NCBI GenBank assembly: GCA_965216875.1
Contig: OZ244207.1
Span: 3,008,001-3,072,000 of the forward strand
Origin: Rubripirellula sp.
GTDB lineage: Bacteria; Planctomycetota; Planctomycetia; Pirellulales; Pirellulaceae
Direction: 5' to 3'
DNA length: 64,000 nucleotides
The position numbers and the translations under genes were made by a program. A model generated the notes under the pieces. The model worked only from the letters and a program-made list of their open reading frames with translations, was not told the DNA's origin and searched no databases. Every line of letters starts with the position of its first letter. Positions within the stretch are counted from its first letter, which is position 1. Shown here piece by piece: positions 47,116 through 57,880 of the stretch.

Positions 47116-48474
47116 TTAATCCCCCCCACCAGAAGACAGCTGTACAGGGCCAAGAGCACCTGCACATTTGATCACACTCGTGCGTGGAGGGACGAATACG
47201 ACAAACGCGATGCCCCCCAAGGCCGCTCCCACGCCGTAGACGATCAAATCGGTCAAATCGGCTATCAGTGGAAAGAGTGCGGCCTGGCCAATTTCGATCC
47301 CAATCGCTAGCAGCGTCAGCCAGAGCAAAGTCCCGACAGAAAACCGTGCTTTGCCCCCCGACGTTCGCGCGGACCAGCCCTTCAAAAGAAATCCCAGAAC
47401 TCCAAACGCCAGAACTTTGATCAGAAGGTTCTCGAGGGCACCGATTTCCGTCCCGCGCTGAGCACGGGCAAACGGGAACGCGACGGCGCCAGCGAGTCGG
47501 TTCCAATACTCATCGAGCCCAACGACGTGGTCGAAACGGATCCAAAAGCCGACGAGCATAAATAGCGACCAGAGCACTGCCGCCCCCCACCAGACATAAG
47601 ACCGGTCCAACCAATCCAATAGTCTCGCAACGTGTTTGGCGGCCAACACACCGATTCCGCCGATCGTGAATGACACGACGACATCGGTCGCCGAAGTCGT
47701 GCGGTGATAAATCGGAAGCGACGCCAGCTCAATCAGGCAGCACCAACCGCCCAATACGAGAAGAGCCTTGCGGCGAGTGAAAGCTAACGCGAGCACGACG
47801 CCCAGCGGGAAGGCCCAGCCGCTCAACACGATCGACTTGGCGCATTCATTGAACGACGTCCAATCAGAAAAGGGTACAACCACCAAACGGCTGAGATCAT
47901 TCTTCAGTGCCCATTCGTGCTTGGTCAGCATCACGTCAAGTGGCAATAGATTGAAGACGACCATCCCAGCCGCGCAAATTTGTGAAAAGAGAAACAGCCG
48001 GCGAAAGCCCGGCTCTTTGTGTTTGAAACTTCGAAGTGCGGCGATGCTCCGCTCGCCCAATACGAGCCAAACCAAAAAACCGGCGACGCCACCGATGTAA
48101 CCCGCCGCTACGTCATTCCACGACATCACTCGTGGCGGAAACCATGCCTGCATCAATTCGATCGCACACACGTAGAGCGCATGGACGGCAAGGAAGCCGA
48201 TCAGCGAAAACTGGTTCAGCAACTGGCTACGCCGACCGTAGTGGATCGCACCGGCGCAACAATAGCCAAGCGGCACCATGATCAAACCGTTTGCTACCCA
48301 GTCTGCTCGTTTCTCGACCCCCAATTGCGCCCAAGGCATTTGCAGGAATAGCTCCCAAGCCTCTGCCAGCGAAATTGCCCGATAACGTACGGGCAACATC
48401 GATGCGTAGACCAGCGCCACCGCATTGAGGACGGCAACGATCGCAAGAACACGACGTGTTTCTTTATCGCGCAC
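47116..48474 (-). CDS. VanZ-family multi-pass membrane protein (repeated VanZ-like modules)
   Basis: YASMLP, DWVAN..MVPLG, IELMQAWFPPRVMSWND, IEIGQ..DLTD. Confidence 0.85.
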   Translation of the reverse strand: MRDKETRRVLAIVAVLNAVALVYASMLPVRYRAISLAEAWELFLQMPWAQLGVEKRADWVANGLIMVPLGYCCAGAIHYGRRSQLLNQFSLIGFLAVHALYVCAIELMQAWFPPRVMSWNDVAAGYIGGVAGFLVWLVLGERSIAALRSFKHKEPGFRRLFLFSQICAAGMVVFNLLPLDVMLTKHEWALKNDLSRLVVVPFSDWTSFNECAKSIVLSGWAFPLGVVLALAFTRRKALLVLGGWCCLIELASLPIYHRTTSATDVVVSFTIGGIGVLAAKHVARLLDWLDRSYVWWGAAVLWSLFMLVGFWIRFDHVVGLDEYWNRLAGAVAFPFARAQRGTEIGALENLLIKVLAFGVLGFLLKGWSARTSGGKARFSVGTLLWLTLLAIGIEIGQAALFPLIADLTDLIVYGVGAALGGIAFVVFVPPRTSVIKCAGALGPVQLSSGGGD

Positions 48475-48507
48475 GGTTACCCAACATCAGTCGCTCAGCG
48501 AAGTGAT

Positions 48508-49578
48508 TCACTTGCTGCCGTTCCGCTGTAGCTCGTTTCGATGCTCGTAAAACTGCCGCAATGGGATCGGCGCAAAGTTCAATTCATCGATACAGAACTC
48601 AAAGAACGCGTCGAGTCGATCGAGAAACTGCTGAAGCTCCACCTCGTTCTTGACATAGGGTGAACACCCCGGTTTTAGCGAAGAACTATGGAACATTAAC
48701 ACCAAGCTTCGTGTACCTCGTGATGCAATTGCTGTCGCCAGCTGCTTCAGCTGTTTCAGGGAAGCTTGTTCCGGACTCAACTTATGCCTTGAGGCGATTC
48801 CTGCACGGTCCAGAATGCCAACCGCTTTGAGTTGCCGAAAGGGTGCTCGCATCGCGATTTGGCGAAGGTTGTTCGCGATTGTAAAGTTCTTGTGTGTGAA
48901 CCCAACCGAAACGGGCACCTCGAGAATCTCCTGTGGGTCACCACGATCAAGAATCGAATCGGTGTCTGGAAAATAGGGTTCGCAAGTTCCTTGACGAAAG
49001 TCAGGACCTGACTGACTCGAATAGTCGGTGTAGGGGATCACGCTCGAGTCGACACGGTACCCAAGGTCCCTCAGGATATTCACGCCCGTCGCGTCCATTC
49101 CATATCGGCCCGCACGAAATGAAACTGGTCGCACACCAAAATTCGTTTCAATCAGCTGGGTCAATCCTTCGATTTTCGCTCGCTGTTGATCAGGTGGCAG
49201 GTTGCAGAGAAAGGAATTTGGCCCGCTCGAGTTAGCCTCAACGATAGGCGGCGAATTCCATGGATGCACGTGTGTGCCGATTTCACATCGTCCGTCATCT
49301 TGAATTGGCTTGAGCACATCGATGGCATCGCGGTCGCTCGCAACCGGTGTCGTGATCAAGTAACTCGGCACAACCGTGTTGCGGTCGCAAACGTCTTGAA
49401 ACCTTGGAACGTGAGCAATATTGGTGACAGTTCCTTCGGAAGCGTACGTCCCCGACCAAAGCCCCTCCTCTTCTGTGTCAATCGTTACGGCAAGGTAACC
49501 TCGGGGTTGTGATGCGTCAGCGGTCACAGCTTTCTTCCTGCTCTTGATCGACCGATCCTGCGTTTTCTTGGACGGCAC
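48508..49578 (-). CDS. Polysaccharide deacetylase (WalW-like)
   Basis: TIDTEEE, EIGTHVHPW, SFRAGRYG, VDSSV, LMFHSSSL. Confidence 0.88.
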   Translation of the reverse strand: MPSKKTQDRSIKSRKKAVTADASQPRGYLAVTIDTEEEGLWSGTYASEGTVTNIAHVPRFQDVCDRNTVVPSYLITTPVASDRDAIDVLKPIQDDGRCEIGTHVHPWNSPPIVEANSSGPNSFLCNLPPDQQRAKIEGLTQLIETNFGVRPVSFRAGRYGMDATGVNILRDLGYRVDSSVIPYTDYSSQSGPDFRQGTCEPYFPDTDSILDRGDPQEILEVPVSVGFTHKNFTIANNLRQIAMRAPFRQLKAVGILDRAGIASRHKLSPEQASLKQLKQLATAIASRGTRSLVLMFHSSSLKPGCSPYVKNEVELQQFLDRLDAFFEFCIDELNFAPIPLRQFYEHRNELQRNGSK

Positions 49579-50766
49579 CGGCCTTGCTTCGCGCAGTCGG
49601 TTCCCACATCGCGTTCTGACGTTTCACCAATCCTTGGGTGAAGCCGATTCCCATCGCAACCTGGCTCATCACAAAATAGAAGGAAACGGATATCAACCAA
49701 AGCTGTCGCAGTCGCATGGAAAGTGCACCTACGGCGGCGAGCACGACAACAGCGCCCGCACCGATCAGCAGACTCATGAATCGCACATCGCTAATCGCAA
49801 GAAACGCGACGAGCATCCATCCCATCATGAGCACCAATGGCGACAGCCATCGAACAAGTTTGTGGGAAGCGAAGAGCCAGAATCGCAGGGGCTGAAAGAG
49901 TCGCGGATAGACTTGCCGGGATAGCGCCTGCGAGGCACCAGCGCCAATTCGTAGTCGACGTCGAAATTCAGACATCGCCGACTCCGTAGCGTTTTCGTAG
50001 GCAACGGCTTCAGGAGCGTAAAGGATTCTGCTTCCGCTACGAAGCACTCGCATCGATACTGTAAAATCGTCCAAGATCGTGTCACCCGGCAAGGGCTCGT
50101 AAAGCGACTTGCGCAGAGCGTACATGCCACCATCAACGCCAATCATCGCGCCAAAATGAGATTCACCGCGGTGAATCTGCCTTTCCATTTTGTAGTAAAG
50201 CGATTCACCTCCATTTTGTAGTAAAGCGATTCACCTTTTCCAAAGCTTGCGTCTTTGCTGCGAAGTTGCACATCGCCACTGACGGCGCCCACTTGCTCAT
50301 CTTCAAAGTATGAAACCAGACGCCAGACCGCGTCTTTTGCGAACATCACGTTCGCGTCGCAAAGCACCAGCACCGACCCGTTTGCCAAGTTGACCGCATC
50401 ATTCAATACGGACGCCTTGCCTCGACGTTCTTCAAATTCTTCGACGCGTATTCGGTCATCCGCGTGCTCACGAGCGATCTCAGCCGTCCTGTCCGTACCG
50501 CCGTCACAAGCAACGATGATTTCAAGCTTCTCCGCCGGATAGTCGATCGAAAGCGCATTCGCGACTTTCTCCCCTATCACCATCTCCTCGTTGTAAGCGG
50601 GAATGACAAGGCTGACCGAAGGGATACAGGGATTCTTCGCGGAAAGATCGGAGGCGCGCGACCTCGAAGCGAACGCTCCCATCAACGCAGGGAAGATGCC
50701 GTAAACGTAGACCACAATCAATCCACACAAACCCACCCCAACCAATGCGGCCGACTCGAGTGTCAT
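49517..50766 (-). pseudogene. GT2 glycosyltransferase frameshifted by a 26-bp tandem duplication
   Basis: 5' half (IPAYNEE, CDGGTD, CDAN) and 3' half (DG, LDDF, RRRLRIG) are in different frames; removing one repeat unit gives ...GESLYYKMERQIHRGES... Confidence 0.9.
50184..50235. repeat. Exact 26-bp tandem duplication
   Basis: tccattttgtagtaaagcgattcacc at 50184-50209 and 50210-50235. Confidence 0.95.
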
Positions 50767-50838
50767 AGCCCGCCACGCATAACGAGTGGCATGAGCGAAA
50801 TCGGCAAATCACTGCCCCAGCAATTACTCATCTTTGCC

Positions 50839-51993
50839 TCACGCCTCCGATTGGGGCATGCGTTGGGGAGTCCACGTCGCAAAACTGCGGCCAGTGAAGA
50901 CTTTGAATACACCAATCGCGGCCGCAATATTCGAAAGGCAAAAATAGTAGCACAATTGCGTGGGCTTGAGCCGCTTCATGAACGGCAACTGACTTGTCGC
51001 TGCCGTTAGATAGAACAAGATTTGCAAAACCAGAACCCCGACGAAGAACATGCTTGGCCACATTAGCACGATCAAGGCGTTAGACACCAGTGCGCCAAGC
51101 ATCAAGTAACCGGCGAACCAACGAATCACTTTGTGGCAAAACAATTGCCACGAGAAGATCCCGGTTTTCAAAGGATTCAGCGCGGCTGGATTTCGCAGCA
51201 CTGCGCGAAAACTTCGATTGACGATCCGCACCTTGCGCCGAAATTCGCCCTGAAAACTGGGAGCCGCTTCCTCAAAGCACATTGCCGACGGTTCAAAAAC
51301 ACCTCGGTAGCCTGAAGCGACAATTCGAAGCGGGATGACGAAGTCGTTGATGTCATCTGCCTTAAGCGGACTAAACAAATCGCGTCGAATCGCCATGATC
51401 GCACCGTCACCGCCGACGACGCTGCTAAGGCGACCTTCCCAAGCTTTGAGAACGAGCTCGAAGTCCCAGTAAGTGTTTTCCGATTCTTGGGCCGCGCCAT
51501 CGCCCTCTTCGTATTTTTGGCGACCGACAACGTAACCGACCTCATCGCGATCAAACCGGCCCGCCAAGTGACGGACTGCGTCGGACCGGTACATTGAGTT
51601 TGCGTCGCTGAAAACGATGATGTCGCCGGTGAATCGATCTGCAAAAGCCGTGATGCCTGCGGACTTTCCAAGTCTCGGCGTCTGCCGTAACAAGGTCACA
51701 CGGTCATACGAAGATACGATCTCATCAGTCCCATCGTCTGACTCGTCTGAGATCACGACGACTTGCAGTTTGTCCGCGGGGTAATCGAGCGCAAGCGTGT
51801 TGTCGATCTTCTCTGCGATCACCTCCGCTTCATTGAACGCACTGATCACGAAAGTAACGGAAGGTTCTGCCGAACCTGCGTCGTGCTCTCGCCGCAACCT
51901 CGACAGGAGAAAGAGTGCGGCTGGATAGACGGTGTAGGGTGTCACCACGCCCAGCACGCACAGCCAAAACAGTACGATGATCGTCGTTTCCAT
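50839..51993 (-). CDS. GT2 glycosyltransferase
   Basis: ISAFNE, SDESDD, FSDAN, GDGA, NDF, RRKVRI, C-terminal TMs. Confidence 0.93.
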   Translation of the reverse strand: METTIIVLFWLCVLGVVTPYTVYPAALFLLSRLRREHDAGSAEPSVTFVISAFNEAEVIAEKIDNTLALDYPADKLQVVVISDESDDGTDEIVSSYDRVTLLRQTPRLGKSAGITAFADRFTGDIIVFSDANSMYRSDAVRHLAGRFDRDEVGYVVGRQKYEEGDGAAQESENTYWDFELVLKAWEGRLSSVVGGDGAIMAIRRDLFSPLKADDINDFVIPLRIVASGYRGVFEPSAMCFEEAAPSFQGEFRRKVRIVNRSFRAVLRNPAALNPLKTGIFSWQLFCHKVIRWFAGYLMLGALVSNALIVLMWPSMFFVGVLVLQILFYLTAATSQLPFMKRLKPTQLCYYFCLSNIAAAIGVFKVFTGRSFATWTPQRMPQSEA

Positions 51994-52076
51994 CAATCTA
52001 CTTCAGACCGGCGTTTGCACACCCGGCCAGACGGTGTTCTCTCGGCGAACAATACAAAGCTAGCGACCGGTTTCAT

Positions 52077-52817
52077 CTAAGACATTCCGAGGCGTTTCCG
52101 CACAGACCGGCCAACCGCACGAGCAAAGTGTCTTGCGGCTTCGGGAACCGTCGGCTCACGGAGCAAAATGTTGTCGTAGACGAGCATCAACCGCTGCTTT
52201 TCAAAACGGTCGGCTTCAGCTTTCAAACGAGCGTTGGCTTCTACAACACTTTTCTTGATGTATAGAAATGCGTTCTGCGAATAGAACCGTTCAACATTCG
52301 GGTTCTGCCAGACCATTGGCCGAATTGGATCCAAAGCGACATACCCGTGATTCAGGAATCGTTGTGCCCAATACGAAGGCCACTGTTCATTCAAATGGTC
52401 CACGCCACCCTGGCCTGGGACTGCAGCCGAAAAAAGCACACAGTCGGAAAGCGACACGAGGAATTCAACGAAGCCGTCGGCAGCCTCCGGCGGAAGATGC
52501 TCAGCGACCTCCAACGTCATCGCCAAATCAAATCGCCTACCTTGCTCGGGTGACTCAGTCAGGTCGACTGGACGAAACGATTCGGCGGGAATCTGCAGCT
52601 GAGACTTGTCAACGTAGTCGCCATCTAGCCCAACGATGTCACTGACGCCGAGCTCGACACTTGCCGCTAACCAAGTCCCTACGCCACATCCGACATCGAC
52701 GATGCTTGACGGCATTCCCACCCACTCAAAGGCAATGGGAAGAACTTGCGCGGCAGATCGACGAGATCCGTCGCGTTGGTGCTCGTAAAATTCCTGGTCG
52801 TATGGAGAGTCAGACAT
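52077..52817 (-). CDS. Class I SAM-dependent methyltransferase (polysaccharide-associated)
   Basis: VDVGCGVGTW, FDLAMTLEVAEH, SAAVPGQGG..H.NEQ. Confidence 0.92.
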   Translation of the reverse strand: MSDSPYDQEFYEHQRDGSRRSAAQVLPIAFEWVGMPSSIVDVGCGVGTWLAASVELGVSDIVGLDGDYVDKSQLQIPAESFRPVDLTESPEQGRRFDLAMTLEVAEHLPPEAADGFVEFLVSLSDCVLFSAAVPGQGGVDHLNEQWPSYWAQRFLNHGYVALDPIRPMVWQNPNVERFYSQNAFLYIKKSVVEANARLKAEADRFEKQRLMLVYDNILLREPTVPEAARHFARAVGRSVRKRLGMS

Positions 52818-52919
52818 CAGTCACTAAGCATTTATGAAGTTGGAAGTGTTCGGTTTGATGTCGCAGATTGAGCGAACTCAATTTGCACCACAAACTACGA
52901 TAAAGACGATAGGCATCGA

Positions 52920-53912
52920 CTAGGACTTATCCGCAAACAAGGCGTGCAAAATGGAGTCCTTTGTCGAATGCCAGCGTTGAATGCGTTCCTCGCGAGCCCG
53001 ATTGGCACCTTTGACAAGCACCTCGTGATTTGCTTGACAGTAACGAACAGCCTCGGCGATCCCTCGCGCTGAGTTGTCAACGTGTACTGCTCCGCTGGCA
53101 AATGACTCTTTGAGGATCGGCCAATCCGAAACGATGACAGGTGTTCCCTGGTAAATCGCTTCCCAGGCACCCCGCAGCATCGTGTGGTCACGTGTCGTCA
53201 GAGACATCACCACGTCGGAGCGTGTCAACAAGTCTCCAAACGCCGAGTCCGAAATGAAGCCGGTTAGAGTCACGTTTTCTGGCTTCGCCTCAATCAACGC
53301 AGGATCGAGGTGCTTCGGGTTTCCGGTAAAGTAGAAATGGACATCCGGAACGGCGCGAGCTGCCTCCATGATCTCGGCAATCGGTTCGTCGGGATTGAAT
53401 GAGCAGACGGCGGTGACGTTGAATCCATCGGAAAGGTCATACCTCTCATCAATCTCGTACACGACGGGAACATCTTTCACGATCACCGTTTTGCCACCAT
53501 TTGCCTCGACAAGATCGCGCAAGTGCTCATTGTGAACGATGTTGACCGCGGCGCGACGGCCGAGTGCGTGTTGCAACCATTGCAACCTCTTCCAGCGAGG
53601 GTGCATGAACGCGGCAGTGTGACAATCCATTGCGAACGGGCGCCGCGTGATGAACTGATAGATTGCCGCAGCAAAAACTGCAACGACTGGCGGCGACATC
53701 ACAATCACCGCGTGCGGTCGATGCTTCAGCAGTAACCACGCCGACATAAAGAACTGCCCGATGTATTTTGGCAAGATCGTTAGCGGATGGCTCCCGAATA
53801 CAGGCAGGTACACCATATAAGATTGGCCGCCAAGCTCGCGCGCAGTGTGATCGCTGCGGCTACAAGATTGCGCCCACGACAGATAGAGGATTTTTTCGCG
53901 GACTCTTGTCAT
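52920..53912 (-). CDS. GT4-like glycosyltransferase
   Basis: SPP, DCH, DEPI, TGF, EAIYQGTPVIVSD; ATGA coupling. Confidence 0.87.
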   Translation of the reverse strand: MTRVREKILYLSWAQSCSRSDHTARELGGQSYMVYLPVFGSHPLTILPKYIGQFFMSAWLLLKHRPHAVIVMSPPVVAVFAAAIYQFITRRPFAMDCHTAAFMHPRWKRLQWLQHALGRRAAVNIVHNEHLRDLVEANGGKTVIVKDVPVVYEIDERYDLSDGFNVTAVCSFNPDEPIAEIMEAARAVPDVHFYFTGNPKHLDPALIEAKPENVTLTGFISDSAFGDLLTRSDVVMSLTTRDHTMLRGAWEAIYQGTPVIVSDWPILKESFASGAVHVDNSARGIAEAVRYCQANHEVLVKGANRAREERIQRWHSTKDSILHALFADKS

Positions 53913-55156
53913 CGCGCACTCGCAACGGGAATCGTGTTGGCGGTCCGTCGACGGTGATAGTCCTCGACGGCTTGATGACAATGCTTGTCAAACTGCTTCG
54001 CGATAAGCTCGGGCGAGTAATGAGTGCGGACAAGCTCCTGACCACGATGTGATAGCTGGGCGCGTTGCTGGTCGTCTCCAAACAGCCGCGTCAATGCCGC
54101 GACCACTTGCTCGTCGGTGTCAGCCAGCTCTAGATCCTTGCCATCTTCGACATCGAGGCCTTCAGCTCCTAGCGGGGTGCTTAGTACCGGGCACCCCATC
54201 GCCATCGCTTCAAAAATCTTCAATCTCGTCCCGCCGCCACAGTAAAGCGGGACAACACTTAACCAGGCCCGCTCCAAATAGGGACGCGTGTCATCGACGG
54301 TCCCCGTCACTTCGACCCCCGGCAGATCCGTCAACGCCTGAATGCTGGACGGTGGGTTTCGCCCTACGATCGTGAACGTCGCATCGGAAACTTGCTCTTT
54401 TACCGACGGCCAAATCTTGGACGCAAAATGCAAGACTCCCTCGCGATTCGGCGTCCAATCCATCGACCCGACAAAAACACAGTTTGGTATTTCCGATTTC
54501 ACCGCGGACGCGTTCGGACGGAAGTGTTCGATGTCAACGGCCGTGTCAATCGTTCCGACGTGATTCCAATCGTATCGATGCTGAAACTGCTGTTGGTCCC
54601 TTTTACTCACTGCAACCACTCGATCAAAATCGCATCCAGCCATCCCTTCAAAGCGCCGCATACGCTTGGCCTGCAAACCCAAGTACTTTGCCCAAGGCCC
54701 AGTCGCGTTGGCTGAAAGCCGCTCGAATATCTCGGCTTCAACGTTGTGCTGGAACAACAATTTCGGCACGGCTAGCCCAATACAGTTACGCGCCATTTGC
54801 ACGAAGTCGCAGACCAACAAGTCAATGTGACCGGCATCGACCAGCTCAGTCGCCATCGATCGCAACCGTGAGTCAAAATCCTTGTCAACGTTAAGTGGAA
54901 AGGGTGACAGCAAGTTCTTCAACGCACTCCCGATGAATCGCGCGCTTCGGCGAGGAGGCTCGTCCCAGGGAATCGCCACCAAATCAACACCGATCGCTTC
55001 GAATTCTTCGACGTGTTTCTGTTCTGACTCGAGCAGGTTGCAGAGATAGGTCACTTCGTGCCAGCGGGCGAGGTGCCGCAACACGTTCAATGTGCGAATC
55101 TTGCCACCGGTGTTTGCCGGCAGCAGCAACCGTTTTTGAAGAAAGAGTATCCGCAC
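53909..55156 (-). CDS. GT4 glycosyltransferase (PEP-CTERM/EPS-associated sugar transferase type)
   Basis: GGKIRT, HNVE, FVGSMDWTPN, GGTRLKIFEAMAMG..STPLGAEG. Confidence 0.92.
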   Translation of the reverse strand: MRILFLQKRLLLPANTGGKIRTLNVLRHLARWHEVTYLCNLLESEQKHVEEFEAIGVDLVAIPWDEPPRRSARFIGSALKNLLSPFPLNVDKDFDSRLRSMATELVDAGHIDLLVCDFVQMARNCIGLAVPKLLFQHNVEAEIFERLSANATGPWAKYLGLQAKRMRRFEGMAGCDFDRVVAVSKRDQQQFQHRYDWNHVGTIDTAVDIEHFRPNASAVKSEIPNCVFVGSMDWTPNREGVLHFASKIWPSVKEQVSDATFTIVGRNPPSSIQALTDLPGVEVTGTVDDTRPYLERAWLSVVPLYCGGGTRLKIFEAMAMGCPVLSTPLGAEGLDVEDGKDLELADTDEQVVAALTRLFGDDQQRAQLSHRGQELVRTHYSPELIAKQFDKHCHQAVEDYHRRRTANTIPVASAR

Positions 55157-56458
55157 CTATTTCGCAACAAGCTGCGGGCTGGTCGACGGCGCGACCAAAT
55201 CGCTTCGAAGGTCGATGACGGCTCCGTCGTAATCGGCGAACCGCTCAATACGGTCCACGACCTTGGTTGCCACCACAACCAAGTCGGAGTGTTCGAGCAA
55301 TTCTTCAGGGTCTTCGCAAAGAAGCTTTGCGAGGTGCGGAAGGTGCTCGTCGATGTAGTGGCGGTTCGATCCCACCAATGCCGTCACTCGAACATCGGGA
55401 TCGAAGATCTTCAGGTCGTAGCCTTGCCCGACCAGCGATTCGGCCAACATGACCTGCGGACTTTCACGCAAGTCATCGGTCCCTGCTTTGAAACTCAACC
55501 CCACCAGTCCAACCTTCTTCGTCCCGCTCTCACGAACGAGTTTGATGGCTCGATCCAGATGAGACTGATTGGATGGCAGCAGAGACTGAATCAGATCGCA
55601 GTTGATCCCTTCTTGCTGAGCGTATCGGCGCAACGCACGAACGTCTTTCGGCAAACAGGATCCTCCGAACGCAAAGCCGGGCCGCATGTAGGCGGTCGAG
55701 ATGTTTAGTTGCGTGTCTTTGCAAACGATTTCCATCACTTCGCGGCCATCGGCACCAAAGGACTTGGCGAGCGTTCCAATTTCGTTTGCAAAGCCTACTT
55801 TCAAGGCGTGGAAAGCGTTGCACGTGTACTTGATCATTGCCGCCACACGCGTGTTGGTGACGATTTTTTCGCAATCGAGATTGCTGTAGAGCGCAAGTGC
55901 GGTCGCTGCCGACTCATCGCAATCGGCTCCGATCAAGACATAGGGTGGGTGATCGTAATCGGAAATGGCCGTAGTTTCTCGCAAGAACTCGGGGTTTGAA
56001 CAAACCTTGACTCGTTCACCGAGATCACTGCCAAACGCTTCCTTCAACGTGGGCACGAGCACGTCTTCCAACACACCGGGCAACAACGTCGATCGCACGA
56101 CGACCGTAAGCGCGTGGTCATTGTCTCGCAGTGCGTGGCCGATCTCTTCAACGACCTTTTTGACGACCCGATAGTTGACACTTCCATCATCGCCCGACGG
56201 CGTCCCGACAGCGATCAACGCAACATCACTCTTCATGATCGCGGAGCGCAGATCGGTCGTGGCCGACAAGCGTTTTGCTGACACCTGCTGACATAGCAGC
56301 TCTTCAAGGCCCGGTTCAAAAATTGGCGATACGCCGGCGTTGATTGCATCGACTTTCGTCGAATCGATATCGACGCCGGTCACTTCGTTGCCATCCCGAC
56401 TAAGGCATGCCGCCGTGACGCAGCCGACGTACCCCATTCCGATTACAGCAATTCGCAT
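55157..56458 (-). CDS. UDP-glucose/GDP-mannose 6-dehydrogenase family (AlgD-like)
   Basis: IGMGYVG, VGTPS, RST, NPEFLRE, FAFGGSCLPKD, FKAGTDDLRESP. Confidence 0.94.
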   Translation of the reverse strand: MRIAVIGMGYVGCVTAACLSRDGNEVTGVDIDSTKVDAINAGVSPIFEPGLEELLCQQVSAKRLSATTDLRSAIMKSDVALIAVGTPSGDDGSVNYRVVKKVVEEIGHALRDNDHALTVVVRSTLLPGVLEDVLVPTLKEAFGSDLGERVKVCSNPEFLRETTAISDYDHPPYVLIGADCDESAATALALYSNLDCEKIVTNTRVAAMIKYTCNAFHALKVGFANEIGTLAKSFGADGREVMEIVCKDTQLNISTAYMRPGFAFGGSCLPKDVRALRRYAQQEGINCDLIQSLLPSNQSHLDRAIKLVRESGTKKVGLVGLSFKAGTDDLRESPQVMLAESLVGQGYDLKIFDPDVRVTALVGSNRHYIDEHLPHLAKLLCEDPEELLEHSDLVVVATKVVDRIERFADYDGAVIDLRSDLVAPSTSPQLVAK

Positions 56459-56572
56459 CTTGATTCCCAAAAACTCATACTAACGGGTGGCATTTCAATG
56501 AAGATAATGACGGCGTGGCGAGCGTCGAGCGAAACCAGGTGACGACGTGAGTGTATTCCGAATTGGGACGTG

Positions 56573-57778
56573 CTATCCGGCATAATCGTCAATAGCCTCT
56601 TGAAGCACCGCCACCGCACGCTCGGCGGTGACGTCCCAGGTACGCTGCTCCATTACCGATCGAATCTTGGCTCGGTCCCAAGGTTTCGACAGCGCCGCGG
56701 CAATCACCGGAGCCGCCGCACTTGCAGTACGCTCCGGAATGAGTGCTCCGCGGCTGGAATCGGCCAGTTCATCGCGAATCCCGCCAACGGCAGTGCCGAC
56801 CGCCGGAGTCCCACACGCGAGTGCCTCAAGCAGCACGTTCGGCGAGCCTTCTCGAGAGGACATCATTGCGTACAAGTCGGCCGAGTTGTACCAGTCGATC
56901 AACTCAGCATGTGGCTTTGGACCCGCAAAGAGGACCTGTCCCACGAGTCCCAAGCCTTTTACACGTGCCTCGATCTCTGCCGTATAGTCCCGTCCGAACC
57001 GGCCCGCTCCACCAACAATCACGTAGAACGCGTCAGGATGGGTCCTAAGCACTTCCGCGAGAGCCCCGACGATCAGGTGATACCCTTTCAACTCGAGCCG
57101 GTCACCGACCGAGAGAATGATTTTTTTGTCATGGGGAAGACCCAACTCGGCTCGACATTGCACGCGGTCTTTTGGATGGAACTTACTTGTGTCGATTCCA
57201 TTTGGAATGACACGGACGGACTCATCGGCCGCCCCGTTAGTTCGCATCGCAGCAGCAATTTGTTCACTTACACCAATGCATCGCGTCGATTCGCTGAGCG
57301 CCCAGCGAATCTTGTTTCCAATCAGTGGCAACTGAGGGAAACGCTCCATGTCTTCTCCCCGCCCCGTCATCACAACAGGGACCCGGTAGCGTTTGCCTAA
57401 CATGGCCGCCAAAGCACCCGCTGGATAGACATAGTGTGCATCGATCACGTCAAACTCAAACTCGTCACGAATCCGATCAACAGTCCCCGTCACCGTCGCT
57501 TTCATCAATTGCGGGTGGATGTAGCCGCCAATTTTTGGCGGCAATAAGTAACGCGGATTCTCGACTTGCAAACCGTCAAAGACTTCACTTTTCGGGTACT
57601 GTGACCAGCGGTACCACTTTTCAAACCGCTTCACTGGTGGGAACCAGGGGGTTGGGGACAGCACGCGCACCGAAACACCCTCTGCCCGATCCATCGCTTT
57701 AAGGCGTTCTTTTACGAACAGTCCACGCGTCGGGTCGGCGACCGAGGGAAACGTCGCTGAGATAGCAAGTACTTTCAT
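56573..57778 (-). CDS. GT4 glycosyltransferase (TuaC-like)
   Basis: GLFVKER, IDAHYVYP, IPNGID, KGY, SREGSPNVLLEALACG. Confidence 0.92.
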   Translation of the reverse strand: MKVLAISATFPSVADPTRGLFVKERLKAMDRAEGVSVRVLSPTPWFPPVKRFEKWYRWSQYPKSEVFDGLQVENPRYLLPPKIGGYIHPQLMKATVTGTVDRIRDEFEFDVIDAHYVYPAGALAAMLGKRYRVPVVMTGRGEDMERFPQLPLIGNKIRWALSESTRCIGVSEQIAAAMRTNGAADESVRVIPNGIDTSKFHPKDRVQCRAELGLPHDKKIILSVGDRLELKGYHLIVGALAEVLRTHPDAFYVIVGGAGRFGRDYTAEIEARVKGLGLVGQVLFAGPKPHAELIDWYNSADLYAMMSSREGSPNVLLEALACGTPAVGTAVGGIRDELADSSRGALIPERTASAAAPVIAAALSKPWDRAKIRSVMEQRTWDVTAERAVAVLQEAIDDYAG

Positions 57779-57793
57779 CTTTACAGCGGTTTT

Positions 57794-57851
57794 GTAGGTC
57801 ATGCTCCGCATGACAGGTCTTTAAGGGGCTGTCATGCAGAGCATGACCTAC
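57794..57851. repeat. GTAG-type REP doublet (REPIN-like)
   Basis: gtaggtcatgctccgcatgacag and an inverted 23-bp copy with one mismatch; each arm has an internal gtcatgc/gcatgac palindrome. Confidence 0.85.
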
Positions 57852-57880
57852 ACAATGCAGAACAATTCAAGTCTGCGGCA

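Noticed and set aside
50184..50236. 26-bp repeat as a possible CRISPR remnant
   Set aside because: No spacer, lies inside a coding sequence, and no cas genes are present
56570..57400. 276-aa plus-strand ORF
   Set aside because: Antisense shadow of the GT4 gene
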